Origin: a virus
Taxonomy: Duplodnaviria > Caudoviricetes
Direction: 5' to 3' (one strand)
Virus record (IMG/VR): IMGVR_UViG_3300016476_001378
DNA length: 64,000 bases
Shown: one piece after another, positions 1-8,800 of the stretch
Layout: each line of letters starts with the position of its first letter
Position numbering within the stretch: position 1 is the stretch's first letter
The notes under the pieces: model-generated
Told to the model about the DNA's origin: nothing
Seen by the model: only the letters and a program-made list of their open reading frames with translations
Database searches by the model: none
Position numbers and translations under genes: made by a program

Positions 1-868
1 TTTTTTCTAATATTTTAGCTTCTTTGGGTTCAGCTTTAGCAATCTTTTCTTTTGTGAGATCTATGTGTAAGCTTGTTTCTGCCAATCTGTTAGTGGCCTC
101 TTCTTTTTTAGAATTAAAGGCTTTTTCAGCTATTTCAAATTCAGCTTTAAGTTGGTCTAAGGTCTTTTTAGTTCCTTCTCCAGCAAGTTCATCTATCTCT
201 ATTTTATTTTTAGATTCACTAAATTTTTCATTGAAGGCAGCCAGCGCTGTTTGATAGGTACAAACATTTATACCACTGGGCTCTATATTATAAATGCCAT
301 CACCCATCATGCCAATAGAGGCTTCTTTACCATCTATTTTAAGATACTTAGAAAACTCTTTTTGGGTCTGCTTAAGCAACGATCTGGAAGGAACTGTAAA
401 AATAACGGGGCCAACACCCATTTGCGCGATCAATTCGCATGCTGTCATAGTTTTTCCAGCACCTGTGGCCAAAGCCAAGACGCCTCTGGAAACTTTAATG
501 GCCTTGTCTACAGCCTCTATTTGATAATCATAGAGCGATCTGTTAAATTCTTCAAATCTAGTCTCAACATTTAAATTTTTAACTGGTTTGATTCTATTAT
601 CAATTAATTTAAAAGAGACCCCTTGTAATTTAAGGGCATTGAGAACAGAGCTTAAAAGCCCTGTTGGAAAAGTTTGCGTTCTCTTATCGTAAAGAGTTAT
701 AATACCATCCCACTGATGGCTTTTATAAGCAGCAGACCATTCGGCATTAGGCACCATGTAACCACACTTCTCTCGAAGCATGTTATGAAATGCATGCTGA
801 TGTTCTTTATCGGGGTGTAATTCACCGATAATTTGGCATTTGGTATTAGTAATGCTAATAGACACCAT
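1..868 (-). CDS. Superfamily 2 DNA helicase (UvsW/Rad25-like), N-terminal part; runs off the left edge
   Basis: Not in ORF track. Manual translation from ATG at 868: MVSISITNTKCQ...HQWDGIITLY...FPTGLL...LYDYQIEAV (Q motif)...GVLALATGAGKT (Walker A)...FTVPSRSLLKQT (Ia)...VCTYQT; open to position 1. Confidence 0.85.
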   Translation of the reverse strand, partial: MVSISITNTKCQIIGELHPDKEHQHAFHNMLREKCGYMVPNAEWSAAYKSHQWDGIITLYDKRTQTFPTGLLSSVLNALKLQGVSFKLIDNRIKPVKNLNVETRFEEFNRSLYDYQIEAVDKAIKVSRGVLALATGAGKTMTACELIAQMGVGPVIFTVPSRSLLKQTQKEFSKYLKIDGKEASIGMMGDGIYNIEPSGINVCTYQTALAAFNEKFSESKNKIEIDELAGEGTKKTLDQLKAEFEIAEKAFNSKKEEATNRLAETSLHIDLTKEKIAKAEPKEAKILEK

Positions 869-892
869 AATAATTAAATTATGGTGTCTATT
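857..892. promoter_or_regulatory. Perfect 15-bp inverted repeat (6-nt loop) covering the helicase start codon
   Basis: AATAGACACCATAAT (857-871) / ATTATGGTGTCTATT (878-892); the minus-strand ATG (868-866) lies in the stem. Confidence 0.7.
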
Positions 893-918
893 TTAAGATA
901 AAAATACTAAAATTTAAA

Positions 919-1257
919 TTAAACTAAGCCAGCGTCTTTTAAAGCTTGAGCTAATTCTAATCTAAAGAGATCTGCCTTTGCTGGCTCGTGAGCTATCAAG
1001 TTAGCAAAGTTGGACTCAATGTCCTCACGAGTTCTCTTGATTTCAGCTGCCTTTTCTGCTGCAGACTTTCTGCCTCTTCTTGACATTGCCTCTACCTCAG
1101 GCTCAGCTGCTTCAGTTTCTGCAATCTCTTCAGCCTTTGCTTCAACAACCTCTACTACAGGTTCTGCTGCAGGTACTTCAACTACTTCTTCGACAACTGG
1201 TTCTACAATTGGCTCCTTAGCTTTTGGAGCTTCTTTCTTTGGTCTTTCTACTGCCAT
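919..1257 (-). CDS. Hypothetical protein, acidic E/V/P/A-rich with helical C-terminus
   Basis: 112-aa ORF in the minus-strand run; AAAGGT SD-like sequence upstream. Confidence 0.75.
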   Translation of the reverse strand: MAVERPKKEAPKAKEPIVEPVVEEVVEVPAAEPVVEVVEAKAEEIAETEAAEPEVEAMSRRGRKSAAEKAAEIKRTREDIESNFANLIAHEPAKADLFRLELAQALKDAGLV

Positions 1258-1269
1258 TTTTATACCTTT

Positions 1270-1686
1270 TTATTTCTTAGATAAGATTTGTACTGCTATT
1301 TTATTTTTTTGACCATTAAGCGAACTTATAGTCATTTGTGCTGCTTCTTCAACAGCAGCTTCTTCTTCTTTATTCAGCGGAGCAACAGAAGATGCTTTCA
1401 TTTTAATTATTTTCATAAATTCATCGAGCATTTCCTGGTCTGTGAAATCACCATCTTTGATAGCGTTCAAACCATCTAGCCAAATATCGAATATCAAAGA
1501 ACCCTTGTCACCCAGCCTGTCGCCTAGTAAGCCTTTGACTTTTAAAAGCGAAGATTCTACAGAATTAATCTGTTTTTGCCTTCCAGCCAAATAGCTAAAG
1601 GACAGAACTGTTCCTAAGGCGAACAAAATCCACCAACCATAAATAGACAAATAATATTCTATTAAATGTTTGATAGTATTAAGCAT
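1270..1686 (-). CDS. Single-TM membrane protein, possible holin
   Basis: Hydrophobic segment YGWWILFALGTVLSFSYLAG followed by a charged helical tail; holin role is inference only. Confidence 0.5.
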   Translation of the reverse strand: MLNTIKHLIEYYLSIYGWWILFALGTVLSFSYLAGRQKQINSVESSLLKVKGLLGDRLGDKGSLIFDIWLDGLNAIKDGDFTDQEMLDEFMKIIKMKASSVAPLNKEEEAAVEEAAQMTISSLNGQKNKIAVQILSKK

Positions 1687-1687
1687 G

Positions 1688-1924
1688 TTAGCACTTTACA
1701 GCAACGACATCGTCGTCATCATCGTCAGCTAATGCATCAGGAATGTCAACCTTTTCAAGGCTGGCGTGGACGTTTCTGTGGCAAAATGGGCAATTGTTAT
1801 TGGGCCCTAAATTTACCTTAAAAATTACATGGGAGCAAGCTTTACAAACTACAACACCATTTGTGTCATTGTTCTGCTCTGCTACGTTTTCAATGCGGCC
1901 AGTGGCCCTTCTAATCATAGACAT
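1688..1924 (-). CDS. Small Zn-ribbon protein with acidic tail
   Basis: CKAC...CPFC pair, DDDDDD tail, AAGGA SD. Confidence 0.7.
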   Translation of the reverse strand: MSMIRRATGRIENVAEQNNDTNGVVVCKACSHVIFKVNLGPNNNCPFCHRNVHASLEKVDIPDALADDDDDDVVAVKC

Positions 1925-1958
1925 TTTTTATTTCCTTTTCCTGTTGGGCTATTTTATT

Positions 1959-2939
1959 TTATTTACCAATCAAGGCCAGATACTGCTTGAGTGCAGCTTC
2001 CTGTTCTGAATTCAGATCTGTTGGTATCTTATGATTTATCTCAATGATAAAATCCGAGCGTTGTATCGGATGGACATAAAATCCCTTGCCTCTGAATTTT
2101 AATTTTTGCCCAGACTTTGCAGCCTTAGGCACCTTAATTAATATTTCTGTGTTTTCTAGGGTCTTGACCTTCTTTTCAGCACCGATCATAGCCTCAACAG
2201 GATCCACGTCAAGAGTGACACAACAACACATGTTGTCGTCAATCTTAAAATAATCATCGTGTTTTAATTTGCAAATAATGATTAAGGGGCCAGGTTGTTG
2301 TTCTGGATCTTCTTGAGAACCAGAGCCTTGTAAGATAAATTGTTTATGCAAGCAACCAAGTGGGAAATTTAATTCAGAATCTTTCTTTTCTTTTTTGACC
2401 CCAAAGCCCTGACAAGTATTGCAAACTACTTTGTGTAAGAACCCTCTGGTTCTACATCTTTTACAGGGGCCAAAATCTTGTTGCATGTTAAACATGCCAT
2501 CATTCCAGATTTTAATAATTCTGCCAAGGCCTTGGCAGTCTGGACATACGCTTGGTACTTGGCCTTCAGAAGCACCGCCTTCGCCATTACAATCAGAGCA
2601 AAAAATTACACGTTCGTAATTTACAGATCTCGTAAAAGGCTTCATACTCTCAAGAGGACTAATCTCAACAACAATCTGCACTGCAGAATTGGGCTCTTTA
2701 TGAATGTGCCTTTGTTGGCGCATTTGAGAAAATATATTGTCTCTGTTATCATACTCAGATCTTTTTCTTGGATCTGACAAAGTTTCATAAGCTTCAGTAA
2801 CTTGTTTGAACTTTTCTTCTGCGCCAGTGGCTTTGTTTACATCTGGATGAAATTCCTTTGCAAGCTTCCTGTAAGCACTTTTGATTTCATCGGGTGTGGC
2901 ATTTTTAGAAACACCCAGGACAGAATAAAAATCAGACAT
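1959..2939 (-). CDS. dnaJ: DnaJ co-chaperone (J domain, Zn finger, C-terminal domain; G/F region nearly absent)
   Basis: DFYSVLGV...[13 protein letters not shown]...AYETLSDP; repeats [32 protein letters not shown]; C-terminal LKFRGKG. Confidence 0.95.
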   Translation of the reverse strand: MSDFYSVLGVSKNATPDEIKSAYRKLAKEFHPDVNKATGAEEKFKQVTEAYETLSDPRKRSEYDNRDNIFSQMRQQRHIHKEPNSAVQIVVEISPLESMKPFTRSVNYERVIFCSDCNGEGGASEGQVPSVCPDCQGLGRIIKIWNDGMFNMQQDFGPCKRCRTRGFLHKVVCNTCQGFGVKKEKKDSELNFPLGCLHKQFILQGSGSQEDPEQQPGPLIIICKLKHDDYFKIDDNMCCCVTLDVDPVEAMIGAEKKVKTLENTEILIKVPKAAKSGQKLKFRGKGFYVHPIQRSDFIIEINHKIPTDLNSEQEAALKQYLALIGK

Positions 2940-2991
2940 AATTCGAACTACCTCGAATTACATTATACTATTTTTGTATAGATTGAAGCAA
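2939..2991 (-). promoter_or_regulatory. Sigma70-like promoter (TTGCTT-N18-TATAAT) plus 8-bp hairpin over the dnaJ SD/start
   Basis: Minus strand: TTGCTT caatctatacaaaaatag TATAAT g TAATTCGA GGTAGT TCGAATTA TG. Confidence 0.5.
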
Positions 2992-3687
2992 TCTTTGAAT
3001 TTTATTAGAAGGACAAATTGCCCGCTCACCAATGCCTATGTCTGCGTGTTGGCCAGTTACACCCATGATGCTTCCATAAATCAAACCATCTGTGCCTATG
3101 GCCATTCCACCACTTGAACCTTGAAGAATATCAGCATCAATGAAGATTATATCATTCCATGCTTGGCTAGGAGCATTTTCGCCCATAGATTGGTGAACAT
3201 TTGAAATTCTGCCAACTGTGGCTGTGTCATGCCATCCCTCTGGAGAGCTAATTACGGCAACAATGTCGCCAAGTTGGGCTTTATTGCTATCTGCCAAATT
3301 GGCTGCAGGAATAGTTTTTGCAACTTGTGCGTTATAAATAATTCCAGAATCTATGCTAGGATCAGAAATAACGAACTGCATAGGAAATAAAACTTTACCA
3401 TCAAATGTGGCCGAAATTTCAGCGCCAGAACCCTGAAGCTCAGGTGGAACTACGTGACCAGCTGTGGCAACATAACCGTTACCTAAATGGAAACCGCTGC
3501 CTGTCCATTGTTTTCTGCCAGATTTAACAAAGATAGTACACGAAGACTGTAAAGATTTTTGAATAATGTCAAAAATGGGATCATGAATCTTTTGGGGCTG
3601 CTCTTGATTTAGTGCAGGTGTAGCTGCTGGAGCTTCCTGTGCTAATCTCAAACGCCATTCAAGTGAATTAATATCTAATTTAAACAT
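2968..3687 (-). CDS. Trypsin-like (S1C/HtrA-type) serine protease without PDZ domain
   Basis: TGSGF...VATAGHVV (His), IDSG (Asp), GDIVAVISSPEG, IDADILQGSSGG (Ser). Confidence 0.9.
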   Translation of the reverse strand: MFKLDINSLEWRLRLAQEAPAATPALNQEQPQKIHDPIFDIIQKSLQSSCTIFVKSGRKQWTGSGFHLGNGYVATAGHVVPPELQGSGAEISATFDGKVLFPMQFVISDPSIDSGIIYNAQVAKTIPAANLADSNKAQLGDIVAVISSPEGWHDTATVGRISNVHQSMGENAPSQAWNDIIFIDADILQGSSGGMAIGTDGLIYGSIMGVTGQHADIGIGERAICPSNKIQRLLQSIQK

Positions 3688-3690
3688 AAT

Positions 3691-4176
3691 TTATCGCCCA
3701 ATAATCTTCGCTTTGATGTTTTTGATTGGCACAGGTCCGAATGTTCTAGAATCTTCAGATTCTCCCTCATTGTCACCCAGTACATAAACATATTCTTTAG
3801 GAATTTCTAAAACAAATGCATGTATGCCATATTTAGCCAAAGTTTGTATTTCTCTATCTACATCAGGCAAAGCTGGCATAGGCGAGAATTTTCTTTCACC
3901 CAAATCTGCACAAACTAATTTTTGTCCAGAAGTATAAGCTACTCTCTTTATTATAAATTCCGAATCTTGATCTATAACCACTACATCGCCAACTTGAAAA
4001 TTTCTATCTAGCGAATTTGCAAAAACAATGCTATTCGCATGAAAATTTGGTTCCATTGAAACACCAACTACTTTGGTTATAAAAATTGGTCTAAAACATA
4101 CAAATACACAAGCTAAAATTAAAATGAAAATTTGAATCCCAGTTTTAATTATCTTTTTTTGAGTCTTTTTTATCAT
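3691..4176 (-). CDS. lepB: Signal peptidase I (peptidase S26)
   Basis: N-terminal TM, GVSMEP (Ser), GDVVV, IIKRV (Lys), YVLGDN...SEDSRTFGPV. Confidence 0.92.
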   Translation of the reverse strand: MIKKTQKKIIKTGIQIFILILACVFVCFRPIFITKVVGVSMEPNFHANSIVFANSLDRNFQVGDVVVIDQDSEFIIKRVAYTSGQKLVCADLGERKFSPMPALPDVDREIQTLAKYGIHAFVLEIPKEYVYVLGDNEGESEDSRTFGPVPIKNIKAKIIGR

Positions 4177-4420
4177 GAGCTAAGCCTTCAGCAACTTTTA
4201 AAGCTTTTTTCAAATCTTCTTCTTTGCTAACTTCTTCTCGATTCTTTCTGATCAAATAGATTGTTACCGGGACATTTTTGCTATTTAGCTCACTGCTCTT
4301 GTAAACATCAAAATCAGTATTTCGTAATAGCCATACATTTTCAGGCACAATTTCAAACCAAACCTCATTTATAAGAGGTTTGGTTTCTTGTTTCTTCTTC
4401 TTTGCTATTCTATACCACAT
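4145..4420 (-). CDS. Hypothetical protein with N-terminal MWYRIA motif
   Basis: 91-aa ORF between two protease genes, overlapping the signal peptidase start. Confidence 0.65.
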   Translation of the reverse strand: MWYRIAKKKKQETKPLINEVWFEIVPENVWLLRNTDFDVYKSSELNSKNVPVTIYLIRKNREEVSKEEDLKKALKVAEGLAHDKKDSKKDN

Positions 4421-4429
4421 AATTTATGA

Positions 4430-5344
4430 TTAAATATTGTTACAATCTTTTGGAATTCCGAAACCAATGTTTCCTTCTTTCCCAGTAACAACTTTACCCT
4501 TTGGGTCACACAATCTATCTAATTCTCTATACATATCTTGTAAAGTTTTTAATTCTGGAAGTGAAGAATCATTTCTATGCTTTGCCAAGATCAACGCACA
4601 TAAGCCAGCTACAAAAGGTGAAGCTTGGCTGGTGCCTCTTAAGATTGCATACTGATTGTTTAAATATGTGCTGTAAATGTTATCGCCAGGAGCAATAACA
4701 CTAATTTGGGGCCCTAAAGAAGAGAAGTTCGTAAGATTGCCATTCTGATCTATCGCACCAACTGCAATAACCTCTGGGTATCTAGCTGGCCAGTTTACAG
4801 CACCTGAATCATTACCCGCTGCGGCAACAATAAAAATGCCTTGATTTGCAGCATCAATAATTGCCTGATGGAAAGACTGGGGTGGCTCAATTGGCGAACC
4901 AAGGCTCATGTTGATAATGTCAACACCCTCTGCCATAGCGGCTCGAATGCCTTGCTCAATATTTGAGTATCCACCATGTCCGCCATTGTCAAGAACTTTA
5001 ATAGCAACAAGCTTTGACTCTGGAGCTACACCCAAGATTCCAAAATCATTATCACAAGCAGCAACAATGCCTGCTACATGAGTGCCATGTCCTTGAAGGT
5101 CATTCGCATCGCCATCGCCCGAGCAGTCGATAGCCTTGATAAGGTTAGGATTGACATCATTATGATTTGGGGCCCCAGTGTCTAAAATAGCAACTGTAAT
5201 CCCGGCACCTTTTGTTACTTTATGAGCTGCAGGGATATTTGCTTGCATCAAACCCCAGTCAGTGCTTTGTGAAAGCTGTGTAAAAGGCTTGAAGATTGGA
5301 ATCAAATCATCTTCAGGTAAAAATTTAATATTCTCTTCTGACAT
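4430..5344 (-). CDS. Subtilisin-family (S8) serine protease, intracellular type (no signal peptide)
   Basis: AILDTG (Asp), HGTHVAG (His), INMSLG, AAAGND, GTSQASP (Ser); AGGAG SD. Confidence 0.95.
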   Translation of the reverse strand: MSEENIKFLPEDDLIPIFKPFTQLSQSTDWGLMQANIPAAHKVTKGAGITVAILDTGAPNHNDVNPNLIKAIDCSGDGDANDLQGHGTHVAGIVAACDNDFGILGVAPESKLVAIKVLDNGGHGGYSNIEQGIRAAMAEGVDIINMSLGSPIEPPQSFHQAIIDAANQGIFIVAAAGNDSGAVNWPARYPEVIAVGAIDQNGNLTNFSSLGPQISVIAPGDNIYSTYLNNQYAILRGTSQASPFVAGLCALILAKHRNDSSLPELKTLQDMYRELDRLCDPKGKVVTGKEGNIGFGIPKDCNNI

Positions 5345-5358
5345 TTTCTTTTCTCCTA

Positions 5359-5616
5359 CTATTGCAATTGAGTCTGCACATCATAACTAAAACTAACATG
5401 AACTTGCGGGTAGCGCTTAAGCAAAATTGTGTAAACATCTCCTGGCTTGTTGAATTCATAGCCAATAATTGTTTGAATATCGCCAGAAGATTGATACTCT
5501 GCTATAAGCTTTGTAACGATATCACCTTGATTTTGATAAGCAACATTAACTATTAGGCCTTTTGCCCAATAGTGGCCCCCAAAATACTTATTGGTAAAAT
5601 ATCTAGATGGAAACAT
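5359..5616 (-). CDS. Small hypothetical protein with aromatic N-terminus, probably virion-associated
   Basis: MFPSRYFTNKYFGGHYW start; starts 1 nt after the upstream stop. Confidence 0.6.
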   Translation of the reverse strand: MFPSRYFTNKYFGGHYWAKGLIVNVAYQNQGDIVTKLIAEYQSSGDIQTIIGYEFNKPGDVYTILLKRYPQVHVSFSYDVQTQLQ

Positions 5617-5617
5617 A

Positions 5618-6220
5618 TTATGTTAAGTCCCTAGTGACAGCAGTTCTATTTCCATAAGAGTCTACTGTTGCAACAATTCTGTTCTTGGAATCATTAATGT
5701 CTCTGATAGTAATTGTATTTGTTGCAGCGCCAGAAACCTTGCCAGCAGAAGCTGCGACAATAAGCTTAAGTGCTTCTCTTAAGGTCAAATCTGTTTCGAT
5801 GCTATCTGCAAGATCCAAAAGTGCATTGGCTGCATTATCTGCGCCTGTAGCATCCAATTGGACACCACCTGTTGAAGAAACCGATGTCAAGTAAGAAACT
5901 GTAAGCATTCTACTCACTGGAACATGATTATCTGCAGCTGACTTTGCATACTCTAAACAAACTTCTCCATTTGTCCAAGGAGATGCAGACAAGGTAATTG
6001 TCCAATGTCCATCAGCCTGATGAGTCATGGCATTTGCTGTTTCGCTTGCTTGCCAAGTGCCGTCAGAATTTCTCCACCACTTGCCAGCATTTGCACCCGA
6101 AATGTTCTTTAAATACCAGTTAACTGTACCACTAGTTAAGCCAGAGCCACTAGTCTTGTCGATGATCGTAAAAGCTCTTGGCAGAGTACTACCAGCGCCC
6201 TGTGTTCTAAATTCACTCAT
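5618..6220 (-). CDS. Hypothetical virion/tail-associated protein
   Basis: 200 aa, T/S/A/G-rich; C-terminal LTLREALKLIVAASAGKVSG...RIVATVDSYGNRTAV resembles phage tail-region proteins; 4-nt overlap with the upstream gene. Confidence 0.6.
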   Translation of the reverse strand: MSEFRTQGAGSTLPRAFTIIDKTSGSGLTSGTVNWYLKNISGANAGKWWRNSDGTWQASETANAMTHQADGHWTITLSASPWTNGEVCLEYAKSAADNHVPVSRMLTVSYLTSVSSTGGVQLDATGADNAANALLDLADSIETDLTLREALKLIVAASAGKVSGAATNTITIRDINDSKNRIVATVDSYGNRTAVTRDLT

Positions 6221-7074
6221 AATGCAACTCCGTATGCGTTTTGTAGCATTGTGTAATAAAGCCAGGGAGAAGCAAGAGGGAAAGCTTTGCCCAAGCTAAA
6301 TCTATTCAATGTTGTAGGATAATCAGATCGGCCCTCGTTGTAAATTCTCTGAGGATAATTGGTGCCAAGGGCTATGTTATAAATACTTACATCATCTATG
6401 TAGCCTTGCAAGTATTGATGGGTTGAAGCGTTTGTGACCATTTCGCCAAGCAAGACACTTTGAGAGCCGCTACTTATGTCTAAAACTATTGCAGAAGTAC
6501 CACTGGCTACTAATTTCCCGTTTACATAAAGATAAGCGTTGATGCCTTGTCTCACAGCAACAAAATGATACCAAGTATTTGCCGCAATGGTTGAGTTGGA
6601 TGATGAAAACTCACTGCCAATTGCTGCACTTTGTTGTATTTTAAAAATTATGGCCCCGCTTGTATTAATATCTATACTAAAACCTTTGCTAGAAGCTGAT
6701 TCGTATCTAGAAATAACAGTCTGTCTTCCGTTTGAATTAGTATTATTCAAAGTTTCTAAATTAAACCAACCAGAAATACTAAAATTATTAGTGCTAAATT
6801 GAAAAATTGAAGAGTCTGCAATTGAAACATAATCGCCATTTCCGCTCAATCTTACATTACCAAATCCACCTGGCCTGCTGCTTGACACCCATCCATAAGA
6901 GCCTGAAGGTATGCTTGTCAATGTACCGTTGTTCAGTTCAAAAAGATCATAAAAATATTTACCACCTGAAGTATTTGGCAAACTTAACCACCAGGCGATT
7001 TTATTTTGATTTAAAACCGCCTGAGTGTTCACAACATTATCATACTGCAATAAAAGTGGTGAAATATAATACAT
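6217..7074 (-). CDS. LamG/concanavalin A-like jelly-roll protein
   Basis: LSGNGDYVSI...FSISGWF...NTWYHFVAVR...LYVNG...GYIDDVSIYNIAL. Confidence 0.88.
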   Translation of the reverse strand: MYYISPLLLQYDNVVNTQAVLNQNKIAWWLSLPNTSGGKYFYDLFELNNGTLTSIPSGSYGWVSSSRPGGFGNVRLSGNGDYVSIADSSIFQFSTNNFSISGWFNLETLNNTNSNGRQTVISRYESASSKGFSIDINTSGAIIFKIQQSAAIGSEFSSSNSTIAANTWYHFVAVRQGINAYLYVNGKLVASGTSAIVLDISSGSQSVLLGEMVTNASTHQYLQGYIDDVSIYNIALGTNYPQRIYNEGRSDYPTTLNRFSLGKAFPLASPWLYYTMLQNAYGVAL

Positions 7075-7077
7075 TAT

Positions 7078-7515
7078 TTACACGCTTTGCAAGGTTAGAG
7101 GTCTGATTTTTAAAGTATGCCCAGAAGATGTAAAAGCTTGGCCTGTGCCATCATTTCTGACAAGTGGTTTGAAAGTTCCAGGAGGCAAAACACAAGTTTT
7201 AATAATTCTTTGTGCCAAACTTGTCGACCTAACAGGTAAAACTATATCGGGGTTCCTTGGCGGGGTGATTGCAGAACCGCCATCTTCATAATTTGAACCA
7301 TCTACTTCACGCAAAAACCAAATGCTTACACTGGTGTTTGCTGTAGGAGCTGACGCAAAAGTTACATACAATTCAACTTCTGCCAAAGCATATTGAGCGG
7401 TTGTCAAAGAAACAGCAGAGCCCTTGACGACATTGGAGTTATTAGCCAAAGAATTTAACTCAGTAGACATTACAGTGTCTATAGTACCCCTTGACCATTG
7501 TTGTGTTGTTGCCAT
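7078..7515 (-). CDS. Hypothetical beta-rich virion protein
   Basis: 145-aa ORF, translationally coupled (TAATG) to the upstream ORF. Confidence 0.65.
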   Translation of the reverse strand: MATTQQWSRGTIDTVMSTELNSLANNSNVVKGSAVSLTTAQYALAEVELYVTFASAPTANTSVSIWFLREVDGSNYEDGGSAITPPRNPDIVLPVRSTSLAQRIIKTCVLPPGTFKPLVRNDGTGQAFTSSGHTLKIRPLTLQSV

Positions 7516-7982
7516 TATACGTTACCCTCATTCAAAGAATCGCTAACTTCATCAACTTTCACAAGAGAACCAAATAATTTCTCTGATCTTGTTCCCTGTC
7601 TCAACGTAATTAAGTCTTTGTCCTGTTGAGTCAACACAGAGTCGTCCATCATTTGGTCCAAGAGTGTAATGAAATTTGGATCTTCTGTATTAATTGTATC
7701 TGAATTAGCAACCAATCTATCAAAAACAGAAAGCCAAAATGTTGCTTGAGCATCACTAAGGTGTGTCATCTGCATAATTCTAAACACAATAGCAGAAGTA
7801 ATATCTAAAAATGAATCTTTACTGATTCTGCCACGAGAAATTACATGTTCGGAATCTTGTCTGATCTCATTGAGTATAGAAGCGATAGCAACATCATTTC
7901 TGATCGCTAAAAATTGAGAATAGCCTAAATTAATAGGATCGTTCTCAATTTCTTGTTTTAATAAATTTAAATTGATAGCCAT
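7515..7982 (-). CDS. Hypothetical protein
   Basis: 155-aa ORF in a tightly packed operon. Confidence 0.7.
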   Translation of the reverse strand: MAINLNLLKQEIENDPINLGYSQFLAIRNDVAIASILNEIRQDSEHVISRGRISKDSFLDITSAIVFRIMQMTHLSDAQATFWLSVFDRLVANSDTINTEDPNFITLLDQMMDDSVLTQQDKDLITLRQGTRSEKLFGSLVKVDEVSDSLNEGNV

Positions 7983-7989
7983 TTTTATT

Positions 7990-8739
7990 TTATCCTAAAT
8001 CTACTGCACTAACAGTTAATTGTGCCTGATAAACACCAGTTGGGTCTGTTGAGCTTACTACTTGTCTTACCCAGAATCTAAAGAATCCTGTTACTTCTGA
8101 CAATGTTATGCTAGAGCTACCAGAATTGCTACCAGCCAAATAAAGCTCGGATCTGCCAGCTATAGGTGTCAAGTAATAATTTATGCCTGTTGCATTAGTT
8201 GCCAAAGAAATAGAAGCCACAGTTATAGACTGTCCGCTTGTAATTGTAATACTTGTAGTTGGGCTTACTAGTGTTTCACCATTCGCATTGGTAAAAGAAT
8301 AAGCAACTTTGTATGTACCAGCTGCAAGATTGGAAGCAGTGGAACTAGATGACAAAGATGGGCCCGTTGAAGGATTTGTGATGTCCACGCTTGTATTAAC
8401 TGTTGGCTCAGATTGGCTGGGAGCTAATTCTCCAGAATAAACAAGGACATTATTTCCCAATGTGCCGTATGCCCCAGGAGTGCCATAGGAATCAGGAGCT
8501 ATTTGCATGTTGCTTACAAAGTCAGAGCCGTGAACTCCAGTGCCAGCTGTTGGCTGAATGTAAACATCCAACATGGTAGTAGTACCAGTGTTCAAGCCAT
8601 AGCCAGCCACCCCAGAAGAAGTAACTGTACCACTAACTGGAACAGTTGTGGTTGGTAAAATGATTGACTGAACCCAAGAACTATTTGATAAATCCTGTGT
8701 CAATGCAGAGTTCTTGTAAAGCGTTATGATTCCTGACAT
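7990..8739 (-). CDS. Virion structural protein with inserted Ig/FN3-like AAGTYKVAYSFTN module
   Basis: S/T/G-rich; module shared with 8799..12005; AGGTGG SD. Confidence 0.7.
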   Translation of the reverse strand: MSGIITLYKNSALTQDLSNSSWVQSIILPTTTVPVSGTVTSSGVAGYGLNTGTTTMLDVYIQPTAGTGVHGSDFVSNMQIAPDSYGTPGAYGTLGNNVLVYSGELAPSQSEPTVNTSVDITNPSTGPSLSSSSTASNLAAGTYKVAYSFTNANGETLVSPTTSITITSGQSITVASISLATNATGINYYLTPIAGRSELYLAGSNSGSSSITLSEVTGFFRFWVRQVVSSTDPTGVYQAQLTVSAVDLG

Positions 8740-8772
8740 TTATGACCACCTGTAATAAGATCTTATTTTAAC

Positions 8773-8800
8773 TATTTATATAATTGAAATCAAGATTCCT
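8773..8800 (-). promoter_or_regulatory. Putative phage promoter AGG-N17-TATAAATA
   Basis: AGG 8800-8798, TATAAATA 8780-8773; same spacing at six other gene-upstream sites. Confidence 0.55.

Noticed and set aside
24-574. Three short plus-strand ORFs in the track
   Set aside because: They lie antisense to the helicase, which has clear catalytic motifs
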